From NCBI GenBank assembly GCA_010015585.1, contig ML975154.1: 64,000 nucleotides of DNA, one strand, 5' to 3'. Positions 47,577-59,369 of the stretch are shown here, piece by piece (position 1 is the stretch's first letter; the number at the start of each line of letters is the position of its first letter). The position numbers were made by a program, and so were the translations under genes. The notes under the pieces were generated by a model. That model did no database searches and was not told the DNA's origin. It saw nothing but the letters and a program-made list of their open reading frames with translations. The stretch comes from Eremomyces bilateralis CBS 781.70. Taxonomy: Eukaryota.

Positions 47577-48898
47577 GGTGTCGACCCAATGGCTGAGACA
47601 GTTAGTTTCGGGGAGCTGTGTGAGGAGGAAGAGAGTAGATTTGATGCGCAAATGAAAGGAGAGACTTCTGGTAAGGGACGGACGACTTGATCATAAAAGA
47701 TTGACGTGTACAGCCACGGGAAAGGCTTTGAATATTCAACCCAGTTCAGCGAAGTCGGAGAAAGAGAGCATTTACTGCTTTGACAAAGGATGAGTATCTG
47801 GAGTGGACAAACACCAACACGTCAGGGTCTCACCTCTCAGGGGTATGCTTCGGTTAATATTCGGCTTATATATGGCAATTCTTCGGTTCTGACCCCAGAA
47901 TAAAGTTGCTGGAGACAACAGGAACCTGGAGGGGACCTTCGAGTTTCTGGAGATACAAGCACTGAACTTCATAGTTCTGTTGCCAACCTCCCAATCCATA
48001 CGTCTCAATCTCTGGGAATGGCTTGATCTGACATCCTGAGCTAGGTGATTCATTGTGAGATTTCCAATTTGCCATGTCTCTGCCCTACCGTCTTCTCACT
48101 ATTTCGAATAGGTTCAGCTTGGCCTGCGCCGGACGGACTCCCGAGACCCTCTCCGCTACTCGTGAACCGCTCTGTGAAGCTGTTATACAATACCAAACGC
48201 GTTTTCTCGTGCCTACTCCCATAGAAGTCCATAAGGATCCTAAGGTGTCGGAAGACAGGATCTGACTCGATTCATATCCCTCCGCCTCGTCTCGCCCTCG
48301 ATACTCGATAAGGCGTAGCGCCAACCGATCAACCCCCTTATACATCTCTTGACTACTCCCTTCGATCACGAGTCAGGCAAAAGATTATATGGCACATATG
48401 TTATGGTGTGAATTAATATAGCACTTAGAAGCGACTCCTATGACCGGGATTTGCTAAGGGTTGGCCTGCATCACGAGCATAGAGGTGCTATCGAGGGAGT
48501 TCGGCATCTGCCCCTCGTGCTTCTACTGCTGCAGATTGGACCTCTTGTTTTTATAAGAACTGGATAAGAGGTGCCTCTTATGAGTCACAATCTAGTGAAT
48601 TCCTGGCTGTTACTATGCTTTGATGTCAGCACAACTTTGGGCCCCAACATTCTGACTACTCCCCTTCGATCATTTTCCAACTTTTGCTGTTCTTTTATAT
48701 TACACTCTACCCAAGCATGAGAACTCATCATCTCCGATCTTTTCTGGCCATTCTCTGAAACACCGCGAACCTACTGTGAAGTGAGTAAAGCACCTGCTCT
48801 GCATTCCATGGGTAGCTGGCTGTCCCTGCTATCGCCTCCCTTTGAGAAATCATTTAGCAAAGCATGAACAACGTATACTGATTTTTTGATAGTAAACA

Positions 48899-51800
48899 AT
48901 GGACGGCGAATCCACACAAGTAGCTACCCAGCAGATGGTGGATCCTCGCCGAGTTGGGGAGGAGAGCTCTGAACTGAACCCATCAGAGCAGGCGGACATC
49001 ATCTGTACCCTCATCGGAGGCTCGACAGCAGCCTTTACAGCGATCCAGATTACAGCATCTGAACGGCGGCAACATGTGCTGCTCAAAAGTGATTCAATAT
49101 CTGAGGGGAAACTGTTACCAGCAGACGCTAATGAGCATGAAACACTCATTTTAGATCGAGATGGCACTCCTAACGCAGATGCCTTGGCTTTGAGATTTTC
49201 TTCTAAGACCATCAATCCTCTACTTGGATTTGTTTTTGGGAGGAACTCCGGTCAGAGCGATATTATCCTAGGACTGGACAGTCTCAACCGCACGAGCAAC
49301 AAACATTTTCGGATCTATCTGACTGAAGATGGAGTCCTGATGCTGGAGGATATATCTACGAACGGTACTATGGTAGATGAGACCGTCCTCCGCGGGAAGC
49401 TCTACCCACGGGAAGATAAATCTCGAATGCTTTCCCATGGCTCTGTCATCAAAATCCTTTCGCCGAAACCTGAAGATGAGATCCGATTCATGGTTCGGTT
49501 TCCTCCCCTATCAAGCGGCGCCGTCAATGAAGAGTATCACAGAAACCTCAACGCGTACCTTGAGAAACTCAGAGAACTCGAACTGGAACAACATGGAAAG
49601 GGAAAGGAAGACATCTTCGGCCATGGCGAGGGAAAGCGACTAGAACCTGTTGAGACCCGACTAGCTACACGCCCTTCCATTGCCGGAGCCCCGAACACAT
49701 TCGGCATGGTATGGGATGGAGGTGCGGAATACAATGTCATCGGAGTCCTTGGCAAAGGTGCATTCGCAACTGTATACCGGCTGGCAAACAAACGAGATGG
49801 AAGCCTCCGTGCGGTCAAAGAGCTTGAAAAGAAACGGGTCATCAAAAACGGGCAACTTGATCAACGGCTCGACAACGAGATGCAAATCATGAAGGAATTG
49901 AACCACCCGAACATCGTGCAATATGTCGACTACCTCGATTTCGACAAACATCTCTATATCATCATGGAGTATGTGCCGTTCGGGGATCTCCAAGGATACC
50001 TTCAGATGAAACGCTATCTGAAGGAGCCGCTGGCGAAGCAGATGTCCCGTCAAATTCTCAAGGCGTTGAAACATCTGCACCAGAAGATGATCACTCACCG
50101 GGATATCAAACCGGACAACATTCTCATCTCTTCGTACGATCCGTTCACTGTCAAGTTGACCGACTTTGGACTGTCGAAGGTGGTTAAAAACGACGAGACG
50201 TTCCTGAAGACGTTTTGCGGAACCCTCCTTTATTGCGCGCCGGAAGTGTTCCCGCACTACGATGCCCATGTCATTGGCCAGGGACAGAAACGAACCCGCC
50301 ACGGCCCGACGCCATCGAAATACCATTCTTACAGCCAGTCCGTTGATATCTGGTCCTATGGAGCGGTGCTGTGGACGTCTCTTTGCAAGCGGCCTCCGTT
50401 TGAGGGCGTCATGGACGCCAACGGTGATGCGATGCTTAAGAGGATCATGGAGACGCGATTAGACACAGGTCCTCTCGAGGCCCTTAAAATATCCGATGAA
50501 GCTATCGAACTTCTGGAGATGATGCTTGATACCGATCCCGCAAGTCGACCAACGGAAGTCGAGTGCCTCCGACATCCCTGGCTGTACGATCCAAATGATC
50601 CCGTGGAAGAAGAAGAAGCCGGCCTTGGTGCCATTGAAGAAGTGGATGAGTCGCATGAAGCTCTGTCCCAAGCCCAGGAAGATATGTCTCAGCTGAGCAT
50701 TAAGCGTGAATTTGGAGTCGATAGGGATAGAAATGGCATCGCAGGAGCCGGTGCAAGAGTGGTTGAGGAAGACTTTGCTGTGCCTCATTCGAAGAGAGTT
50801 CGCATCGATCCATTGATACCTCGCAATCAGTATCGTGATCCTTCCGAAGGGGTGGATTCCAGCGCCGAACCGTCCTTCGACGACAATTCTAGGATCCCCG
50901 AAATTGTCGATAGTCATGTGCGAATGCCGGTGCCCCAGAAACCGACACGTCTATTTGGTGAAGTCGGGCGGCGGCCAGCACTTCAAAGTTCCGGATTGCT
51001 GGGTGCTAATCCACCAAGGATAATTCACCAACAACCACAACCAAATTCAGGTCAAGAACTTCCTACATCCGACATCACTCAGTTCGACCGCAATTTGCAG
51101 AAGAACGAATTGCACACGCAACAGCCACCAGTTCCGAGTAACTCACAGGCTCAATCAGTAACGGAAAGCCTTCTTGGAACAGAATCCATGGTTCGGGAAC
51201 TGAATATGGCGTCTCCTCAATCACTCCCACCCGATTCCGGCCCCGACACCAATGAACCTACGACACCAAATGAAACAGGCGAAGCTACCAGCCATTCTGG
51301 AAGCAACGGCGTGGACGACAATACCCCAAGGCCAGCGAACTTCAGCCGCCAGATCAGCCTGCCTCTGCCTCCGTCATTCTTCTTCGACCCCGATGACCCA
51401 AGCACTCACAACCTCGAATATGCATCTCACATCAGCGGGTTCGATTATCTCAATGACTCGAATGCAGCTGCCATCGCTGCAGCTGCCACCTTTTCATTAA
51501 AGGTCGGGGACTCGTTCCCTTCCACCCAGGGCGGCTCTCAAGAACTCGCCGACCCGTCCCAGCACCTCCACCCCGCTTCCTCCCCTGCGCCGGAATTCAT
51601 CCGCCCTCCTCCGCGCCTAGGAATGCTCCGCTCCTCCACCGGATCGATCAAGAACATTGCCATTCGGCTCCAAGACCGGGTCACCAGCTGGGGCCGCCTT
51701 CCCTCCAACACCATCGTATACGAGGATTCCACCGATACGCGCATCCCCAAGACTGGCATCATCATCTGGTTCGCGGCGCCCGGCATCGACAAGATCGACC

Positions 51801-52084
51801 AGAAGGGCGGGGACTGGACGAAGTTGCCCGGGCTGCACACCATCCTCACGACGGATTCGCAGAACGGCATCTGGGTGAACGGAGTGTGTCTGCGGTCGAA
51901 GGATGCGGAAGGGAATAAGCTGTATGGCCGGCTGTACACCGGGGACCGCATCACCGTGTTCAAGGGGCGAGAGTCCTACCTGGAGTTTAATTGCGAGTTC
52001 TATCACGGATCAGCGGCGAAGGAGCGGCCGAAGAATGAGAGCCGGTTCCAGATTCTCACTGCATCGAACACGCAGCCAAAGTAG
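48899..52084 (+). CDS. RAD53: Checkpoint Ser/Thr kinase with FHA-kinase-FHA architecture (Rad53/Cds1/Chk2 family), 1061 aa
   Basis: N-terminal TQ cluster (STQVATQQ); FHA1 (FVFGRN...SNKHF...DISTNGT); kinase motifs GKGAFATV, AVKEL, HRDIKPDN, DFG, APE, DIWSYG; FHA2 (SWGR...SQNGIWVNG). Confidence 0.88.
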   Translation: MDGESTQVATQQMVDPRRVGEESSELNPSEQADIICTLIGGSTAAFTAIQITASERRQHVLLKSDSISEGKLLPADANEHETLILDRDGTPNADALALRFSSKTINPLLGFVFGRNSGQSDIILGLDSLNRTSNKHFRIYLTEDGVLMLEDISTNGTMVDETVLRGKLYPREDKSRMLSHGSVIKILSPKPEDEIRFMVRFPPLSSGAVNEEYHRNLNAYLEKLRELELEQHGKGKEDIFGHGEGKRLEPVETRLATRPSIAGAPNTFGMVWDGGAEYNVIGVLGKGAFATVYRLANKRDGSLRAVKELEKKRVIKNGQLDQRLDNEMQIMKELNHPNIVQYVDYLDFDKHLYIIMEYVPFGDLQGYLQMKRYLKEPLAKQMSRQILKALKHLHQKMITHRDIKPDNILISSYDPFTVKLTDFGLSKVVKNDETFLKTFCGTLLYCAPEVFPHYDAHVIGQGQKRTRHGPTPSKYHSYSQSVDIWSYGAVLWTSLCKRPPFEGVMDANGDAMLKRIMETRLDTGPLEALKISDEAIELLEMMLDTDPASRPTEVECLRHPWLYDPNDPVEEEEAGLGAIEEVDESHEALSQAQEDMSQLSIKREFGVDRDRNGIAGAGARVVEEDFAVPHSKRVRIDPLIPRNQYRDPSEGVDSSAEPSFDDNSRIPEIVDSHVRMPVPQKPTRLFGEVGRRPALQSSGLLGANPPRIIHQQPQPNSGQELPTSDITQFDRNLQKNELHTQQPPVPSNSQAQSVTESLLGTESMVRELNMASPQSLPPDSGPDTNEPTTPNETGEATSHSGSNGVDDNTPRPANFSRQISLPLPPSFFFDPDDPSTHNLEYASHISGFDYLNDSNAAAIAAAATFSLKVGDSFPSTQGGSQELADPSQHLHPASSPAPEFIRPPPRLGMLRSSTGSIKNIAIRLQDRVTSWGRLPSNTIVYEDSTDTRIPKTGIIIWFAAPGIDKIDQKGGDWTKLPGLHTILTTDSQNGIWVNGVCLRSKDAEGNKLYGRLYTGDRITVFKGRESYLEFNCEFYHGSAAKERPKNESRFQILTASNTQPK

Positions 52085-53198
52085 GATTCACGGGTCGATG
52101 GAGGGAGGGAGGATATATTGATTCATTGCGCTTCGCATCGTGTTCTGGAATTCTGCGAATTAACCTTGGAAGGCTTCCTTTCTAAACAAGCCAAGCAATC
52201 CAGGACGCACCAGCTGGTGTCATGATTGGGTCTTCGAATGTCGGAGTTTGTGCAGGAGGATGCTGAACGGAGGAATGGTCTCTGATAGAGATGAGATGAA
52301 GCATCCATCCCATTGTTGAGGGCTGCTCACTTAATGAGTAACAAGCCTCCTTACTACTATAGAGTAGAGCGAGCAGAAAGACTTTTCAGCACAGTAGCAA
52401 TATGAATATCAACTCAATTGAGGTTTAAATCCCACCATCCAGTCTGATTTCATGTATGCTGTTGTGGCTCTCTAATGTGTCTGTGGAGTGTGGACAAACA
52501 TCTGCCCGATATCGACCCACAAATGCAATGATCGGTGTTCCGGTGTTCCGACTCGCCGCACCCCAACCGCCAACTCTCCAGCAACGATCCCGTTTGCAGA
52601 TAAACGTCGCAGCTCACCGCTGTGATAATTTCAATTTTTACCCGAACAGCTGAGGCGCCGAGATCCTGGCTGACGTGATGGATGCAGACTGCATGTACTA
52701 TCACCGCGCCCTACCAATCAGCCGCGCCATATCCGGCGGTCACTCCATCAACCAACTGAACTTTAAGAGTCGGAGTCACTGGACTTCGTGTCTGCTACGC
52801 GACGGCCACCAACGCGTTGGGCGACGCGTTTTGATTCCCCCGCCTTTGGACTCGGCTTGGAGTGCATCGAAATGCGCCGCACTGGGGGGCTGCCTGAATT
52901 GTTCACCGTGCAAATGCGGACCGGAGAGACTTCAGGAGGGAGGGTCGGGGGAATGTCAGGAGTGGGGCGTGGATGGCATTTGGATTCTCGTGCTGCCCGA
53001 GCAAGAGTAGGAATATGGGATGAGTGTTGTGAATATAAATAAGGCCTTTCCCCTTGCCTTGGATTTGAAGACTGTAGCTACTATCCAACAACCAACATCG
53101 AACCCTACTTTTATACACTGACTTTATAAGTTATATCCCTCCTCACTCCAACTCACTCCAACTCAATCAGGTCTTTTATTCACATTTCACCATTCACC

Positions 53199-53651
53199 AT
53201 GGCCATCGACCACACCAGTATCTCCGTCCCCAAGGCCCAGTATGCGGAAGTCCTCGCTTTCTACGAGAAGGCCCTCGCCCCACTCGGATACACCAAGATG
53301 ATCGAATACCCCTTCCACGTTGCCGGCCTGGGCGCGGGGAAACCCGACTTCTGGATCACCGGCAAAGATGGCGAGGCCGGCATGACGAACCACACCGCCT
53401 TCACCGCCAATGGTACGTGTGATTGCTTTTCATGAACGAATGTTCAATCCTGCAGATCGACGCTCGGAGCGCTGACATTCCTGGGTTTCGCAGATCATGA
53501 GTGTGTCGACAAGTTCCACGCGGCTGCGGTTGCTGCGGGTGGGGTGGACAATGGTGCGCCGGGTCCGCGTCCGCAGTATCACGAGAAGTATTACGGAGCG
53601 TTCGTCAAGGATCCAGCGGGGAACAATATCGAGGCGGTCTCCCATGCTTGA
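53199..53651 (+). CDS. VOC superfamily (glyoxalase/bleomycin resistance/dioxygenase) protein, 1 intron (~53413-53493)
   Basis: MAIDHTSISV...FYEKALAPLGY...PDFWI...HTAFTA|...VDKFHAAAVAAGGVDNGAPGPRPQYHEKYYGAFVKDPAGNNIEAVSHA. Confidence 0.9.
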
Positions 53652-54117
53652 GCTGGGCAGTTAGCAATGAACCGGGTTCAGGAGCGATAAATTGCACCTG
53701 TTCGATCGGGTATTGGAGGTGTTGGAACGATTCGGATTGAGATGATTTGATTTCCGCAGATTCAAGTGAACTAGCTATTAAATACAAAAGCCAAAGGTTT
53801 ACCGGCGAAGAAGCCGTGCCCAGATCATATCGCTGCCGTTGCCGTGCCATTTCTGTTACCGTTCCCTCATGACATCGTGACCGTTACTCCCATCAACCCG
53901 TGCGATCCGAGACGTATGTACAAGAAGAAGACTAAAACTAAGTTACAGACCAATAAAACAGTAATCCAAAGCACCCAACTAGAACCCTAGGCACGAGAAA
54001 ATCCCACTATGCTAGGTCCAAACGCCAATGAAAGCAATAAACCCGACTGTGAACTCCGCTCGTACAACGGAGTGTGAGAGAGAAGAAAGGTAGGCGAAAA
54101 TTAAAAACACGTCAGAA

Positions 54118-56007
54118 CTATAGACCCCTCCAGGGGAAACAATAAGGATCTTCCGTCGTCGCAAAGTAGCCGGCACTCATGTCCGGCACACTCGGATCGA
54201 AGGGGTATGTGTTGGAGAACCCATACCCCGCAGCCGCCTCAGGTACCATGCCGAAATCGACATCGAACTGCACCGTGTCGAGCATATCATCACTCGACTG
54301 CGAAGGATAGGCCTCGCCCATCTCGAGCGGCGATGATTCCCCCTCCACGCCATCATTTCTCTCCTCCACCGGATCGACCGTCTCATAAATCTCCTTCATC
54401 CATTGCGACTTCAGCAGATCCATCTTCGGCCAATCGCCCCCGCCCTTCCCCCCGCGCTTCTCATCGCGCTTGCTCTTCCGCCCCCGCTTGCGCGGGTTGA
54501 AATGCGCCCGCCGCAGATGCGCCGCGCAGTTGTAGTACGCGTGGTACTTCTTGCCGCCGGTGCAGTGCTTGCAGTTCGCGAGGAACTTGCCGTCAGGGGA
54601 GGCATCGATGGTGACCCAGACGCGGCGGCGGGTGGAGTGCACGCGCTCCTTGTGGCGGCGGATTTCGTGCTCGCCGCGGAAGCCGTCGGGGTACTCGTTG
54701 CAGAGGTCACATTGGAGCTTTGGGTAGGAGGGGCGGATGTAGGGGACTTTGGTGATTTCGGCGACTTCTTTGGAGTGGCCGTCGCGGGAAGTGATGCGCA
54801 TCATACGGTGGTCGGAGGCTTCTTTGATGGTGACGGGTTTTTGGTCGTTAGCAACTTTGGCAGCAATGGGTCTTGAGGACTGCATCAGTTGCTCCTGGTG
54901 TCGCAGGGACAACCGCGACTGGGTCGGGTTGCCTGCATCATTGCGTTGAGCTGTGTTTCGTGATTGCACGTTGTTGCAAGGTGTGAAGGATAAGGGTGAC
55001 TGGTGCGGTGACACACCAGTCATAGGGGAAGAGAATTGCGCGAGTGAAGATTGCTCTTCACCAAAAACATCAACATGACTAAACAAAGGAACGTCGGAAC
55101 AACCCAAAGGAGGTTGTTCTGCAGTAAAATTGAAATCGGAGATGTTCGAGAAACTCGAGTCACTCCGAACCATTGTAAGATCAGCACCACTAGTGGTGCT
55201 GGTATTCCAACTGTTATCTCGAGTCATTTCACTCGACAAGGGAGATGCATCTGTCAGCTCTAATGCTGTTGAGGTGCGTGAGAGGGGTAAACTTTGCATC
55301 TTCATTTCCATTGTCATCAGAGGTGTGCAGCCAAACTGCGACACCTCGAATTGAGCAGCAAATTGCTCGGTTGGGTTATCAGCCCAACATGATTGAGTGG
55401 CTCCACTGGAGGTGTCCTCCATTGCGTGGATGTACTCAAGTGGGCTATACTCAGTAACATCACATACTGGCAGCATCGACTGTTTAAAGTCAACGACGCT
55501 GTACTCATCCGCGTTGCTCAACGAGTATGAGCTAGATCCGTCGTCGGAAAAGTTGGCCGGAGCGGTGCCAGGAAATGACGGGATACATGGCGAAGCCGCC
55601 GCCGTGGTATCTATGGCAGCCGTCGATGAGTGAGACCTCAACATCGCATCGTCGACCCATTGTGGCCGGGAAGGGAGGGCCGAATGACTCTGGTGTCGGA
55701 TCATGGAGGGGGCGCCGTTATAATCCTGGTCCTGAGAATTAGCCTAAGGGGAGACATGACCGAAGCCCGGGATGTTTCGTACAGGAGACCCGATGCTGTT
55801 CATCGAAGCCATGGGTGGCATGGTCCGTGGAACCGTCAAAGATATCGACCGTCTTGATGGGTGGCCATACGGTCGAGTGTGTTCGAGGCCGTTGGAGGAT
55901 GGAGAGAGGTATGTTCGACCCTCGTGGATAGTCGCGAGACTTGTTGAGTGGTCCAAAGGGAGCTGGCAGCTTTGTCGCCGGGTGGAGTTCGTCATCAAGG
56001 TCGCCAT
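54118..56007 (-). CDS. Putative transcription factor with atypical zinc-finger region (KLAP1-like fungal family); intron 55732-55782; true start may lie further upstream
   Basis: CDLCNEYPDGFRGEHEIRRHKERVH...CKHCTGGKKYHAYYNCAAHLRRAHFNPRKRGRK...RGGKGGGDWP...WMKE, preceded by an S/T-rich region. Confidence 0.8.
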
Positions 56008-56942
56008 GGTGTTAGTGGTCAGTTACGCATGAGACAGTCTCCAATGAGAAGAAAGTCCAAAATGAAGATCTGTGTTTGCGACAGAATTCTTAGCGTAATG
56101 TGAATGAAAGAAACAATAAGTTATGATGAAGCCAAAGAGTTGATAAAATGACGGGAAGTCAAATGTGAGAAGAGGATGAGATGAGAAGTGAGGCAATGGG
56201 TGGGCGATCGGGGGAGTTTTACGGACGTTTGACAACTTGGGAGTCGCCCAACGTCAGCAAGTCCACCATACAGCGACCGCCAACGCAGCAGATCCGAAGC
56301 AATCAACACGATAGCCCAGTGCGCCATGCCATTTCCGGCACTTTCTGAGAAGCTGAGATGTCGCGTCGTGGAGGGTGGTGCCCGTCGGGTTGGTGTCGAT
56401 TGGGCTTGTTTGATACGCCAAATGTTGCGATGGACCGGGAGGCCCTGCCAGTCACACGGCGCCAGTGCTTCCCATTCGTTGCCTCGCATTTCGAACGGCG
56501 GACTGCGGGATCTCCAAGAACAGGCAAGAAAAGGCAACGCGCTGCCTGAATTCTGCCCCGCGTGATATCATCGCTTTCACGAATGAGAGCAAGCGGGAAT
56601 GGTGCACTCCAAATATGTGTGCTTACCAGTTATGTTCCGGCTGACTTTTCTGTTAGCCTTCCTGTCGACATCGTACAACAATAAAGAGTGCATATTGAGG
56701 GAGCCAATTGCAAGCGCATCCTCGAGCAGTGTTGGGAATCGGGAATCAAGCGCAGTTGCAGCTGAGGTGTGGTTGATACATTGACATTTGACCGGAAGTA
56801 CAAGTAGATGCAGAATGGCATGATTGGGTATAATGCGTACGTAATTGATGTATCATATAATCGTTCCCTCAGCGAAATAGCTCCGAGCTCCGAATCACCG
56901 GTCAGTAGAGTTACAGAGCCGATTCGAAAGTATTCCATCCCA

Positions 56943-58099
56943 TCATAATTCGTCAAACATTTCCAAGGCCGAGCAACGTTTCCCCGTGATGCTCGCGGGT
57001 GATTTCTTAGGCGATCCGATCGAATGCCCGACACCGTCAAGGATGAAGGATGTGACCGCTTCGTCTGAGCCGTTCAGGGCAGAGACGTTTACCCCCACGC
57101 GCGAGGCGTAATCGTGATCTGGAGGCCAAATGTAACGGGCGAGCGACAGGGCCAACATGATGGCGACGATCGCACCTAGACTCCCCCAGAAGATCTTCAG
57201 ACGTCCTGTGTGGAATCAGAAGCTGCATCGGATGGTGGACTGAGGCCGGTACTCACTGCTTACGTTGGCCTGCCACTGAACCTCACTTTGCTCGCGTCTC
57301 TCGATGCGGCGCTTGGTCTGGTACAGGCGCTGCTTTAAACTGTCCGCTTTCCGTTTACTGCTGTCGAGACGACCCGATAACTCGGTAATATCTTTCCTTT
57401 GCTGTTGGAAGTCCCCGAGATTCTCGGCTTGAGTGTTGATCTCCTCTTGCAACGCGTTTGAGTCGATGTCGAACTCATGATGTAATTGGACCTTCATAGA
57501 GACGAGTTCCTGGATGGAGCCCATTGTCGACTGGATCGTGGAGAACTTTTCGAGGATGGAATAGTGGATGCTGTCGAGTTCTTGAATCGCGTCTAGAGAA
57601 GTGTCCATAAGGGTTTGATAGGACTCGTAGAGTTCCCTGGCGGGGTTGTCAACCATTTTTCTGGTCACACGATACAGGTATGGTATTCTTACTCTTCCCG
57701 AATGGCATTCCGCTGCTTTTCCGCCTCCACATCCTCTTTCCGAGCAATCTGCGGCTGCATCGCTCGAGGCATCGCAGAAACGGCGACGCCCTTGTTGGGA
57801 TCCCGCATCTGCCCGTTCCGATCTGTATCGAACACCGGGTCCCAACTGCGGCTCCGGCCGTGACTAGGGCGATGTGCCGTGTGGGATTTGTAGTCTAACA
57901 ACGAGTGGTTGCGATGGTGTCGATGATGTGGCCGCCGACTGCTGCGATGCGGGATAGGCAGAGCATGGTGGTGGTGATGATGTCGCTTCGGGTGCAACGG
58001 CAGCGCTGTTGTTAAGGCAGATGGTCGGGGAACTGATTGCCGAGAGTGGTCGGTGGAGTCCATGTCTCTAGCATAGCCGTCATCGGAGATGAAATCCAT
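56943..58099 (-). CDS. Hypothetical coiled-coil protein with a single C-terminal TM helix, 2 introns
   Basis: His-rich N-terminal exon (57689-58099 ORF), helical middle exon (ELDSIHYSILEKFSTIQSTMGSIQEL...) and last exon RRLKIFWGSLGAIVAIMLALSLARYIW ending at the 56943 stop. GT-AG junctions are visible. Confidence 0.65.
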
Positions 58100-58636
58100 T
58101 TCGGAAGGTATTGGTTCCAGACTCTCTAATATCTAAAGAGGCCTGTTTCACGTTCACATGAAAGTACAGTAGTTCACGAGCCCCAAGCTCAGGGCAAGCA
58201 TCGGAATGATCACAAGGAGAAGGGGTCGAACTTTACCAACCAATGACGTGTATCCCGTTTAGACATCACTGAAATTATCACATCAACATGAACAAACCAC
58301 AAACCTGCTCTGTCTTAGGTATCGTAGTTAATTGGGACTAAATATACATTGACGTCTTATTAAGTTTAAATTAAGATTCTTTTGTAAAACTTTGCATCAA
58401 CACTGCCGGTAGCCAACAAAGAGCTCCGATAATGTGGTACCGAACATCAAGCCATGGGAGGGCGTGGAGTGATCCAGGTCTCTACAATTTCACCGCTCAT
58501 TCGAAGATCCTCAATTCCTCACGAACTCCTGAGCCTGGGACAGATACTGTACTCATACAGCTCTTCTAAAGCTCTTCACAGTGCTCAAAACAACAGGTGA
58601 ATTGGAGCCCATGAAACAAGCTATTCACACCCAATT

Positions 58637-59369
58637 TTAGGATGGCTTGGGCTTGTTCATATATTGCTTGAAGGACCATCCATTGAGATGGCCACATCCA
58701 GCCTGAAGCAAGTTAATTTGGACCAATGTAAAAATGAGAATCAATACTAACGCTGAGATATGTTGCATAGGATAGCCACCCGAGATATGGGACCATCAAC
58801 CAGGCCGAGACCTTGTCCACCTTGGACCAGATATACGTCAAGTAGCTGGTCACACCCAGGAGTGCCACGATATCCACTGTAGCCTCCAGCGGTTTGCCGA
58901 GCCCAAAGAATAGAGGCATCCAAAGAAGGTTCAAACCCAGTTGGATGGTGTACAAGGTGCCACCTTGCTGTGTGTCCTGAGTCAGCAGTCACTCCTCTAC
59001 AGCCAGTAGCCGTTCCCTGACCATGGAGACATACCCTTGCGAGAGCAACTTTCCTAGGGGTTATGGACGACGTCCCTGTGGTCCAGGCGCGATGAGCAGC
59101 ATATCCCATTGTGGCATAAAGAGCTGTCCAGACGGGGGCGAAGACCCATGCGGGGGGATTGCCTAGAGGCTGCTTGATCTTGGGATAAAAGTGACCTTCA
59201 CGGGCTAGAACGAGTTAGATATTAACTATTGGAGGAAGAAGGGGAGGTGAAAAAAACGTCTAGTGAGGTATCCAACGGCATTGCCGCATCCCAGTGGAAG
59301 CAGGATCGAGGCAGCTGCATTGTTGAAAACAGCGGACGGAAGAGTGAGGCATGGTATATGTGTGGTCAT
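58637..59369 (-). CDS. TSPO: TspO/MBR family translocator protein, 3 introns
   Basis: Spliced: ...YPKIKQPLGNPPAWVFAPVWTALYATMGYAAHRAW...LYTIQLGLNLLWMPLFFG...WLMVPYLGWLSYATYL...LNGWSF. Confidence 0.9.

Noticed and set aside
7296..47830. Recurring GACCCTG/CAGGGTC heptamer in intergenic regions (e.g. ~16608, 29082, 32504, 32653, 39466, 47823)
   Set aside because: About 8 copies of any 7-mer are expected by chance on two strands of 64 kb, so enrichment cannot be claimed without a genome-wide test.
53143..53165. Short CTCACTCCAA tandem repeat before the VOC gene
   Set aside because: Only ~2.5 units of a simple pyrimidine-rich leader repeat; no evidence of function.
1900..53651. Apparent DNA-damage gene cluster (ligase, zf-GRF, bleomycin hydrolase, Rad53-type kinase, glyoxalase/bleomycin-resistance family)
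   Set aside because: The genes are spread over 50 kb among unrelated housekeeping genes. The 'bleomycin' names are family labels, not evidence of a shared pathway. It would need conserved synteny or co-expression.
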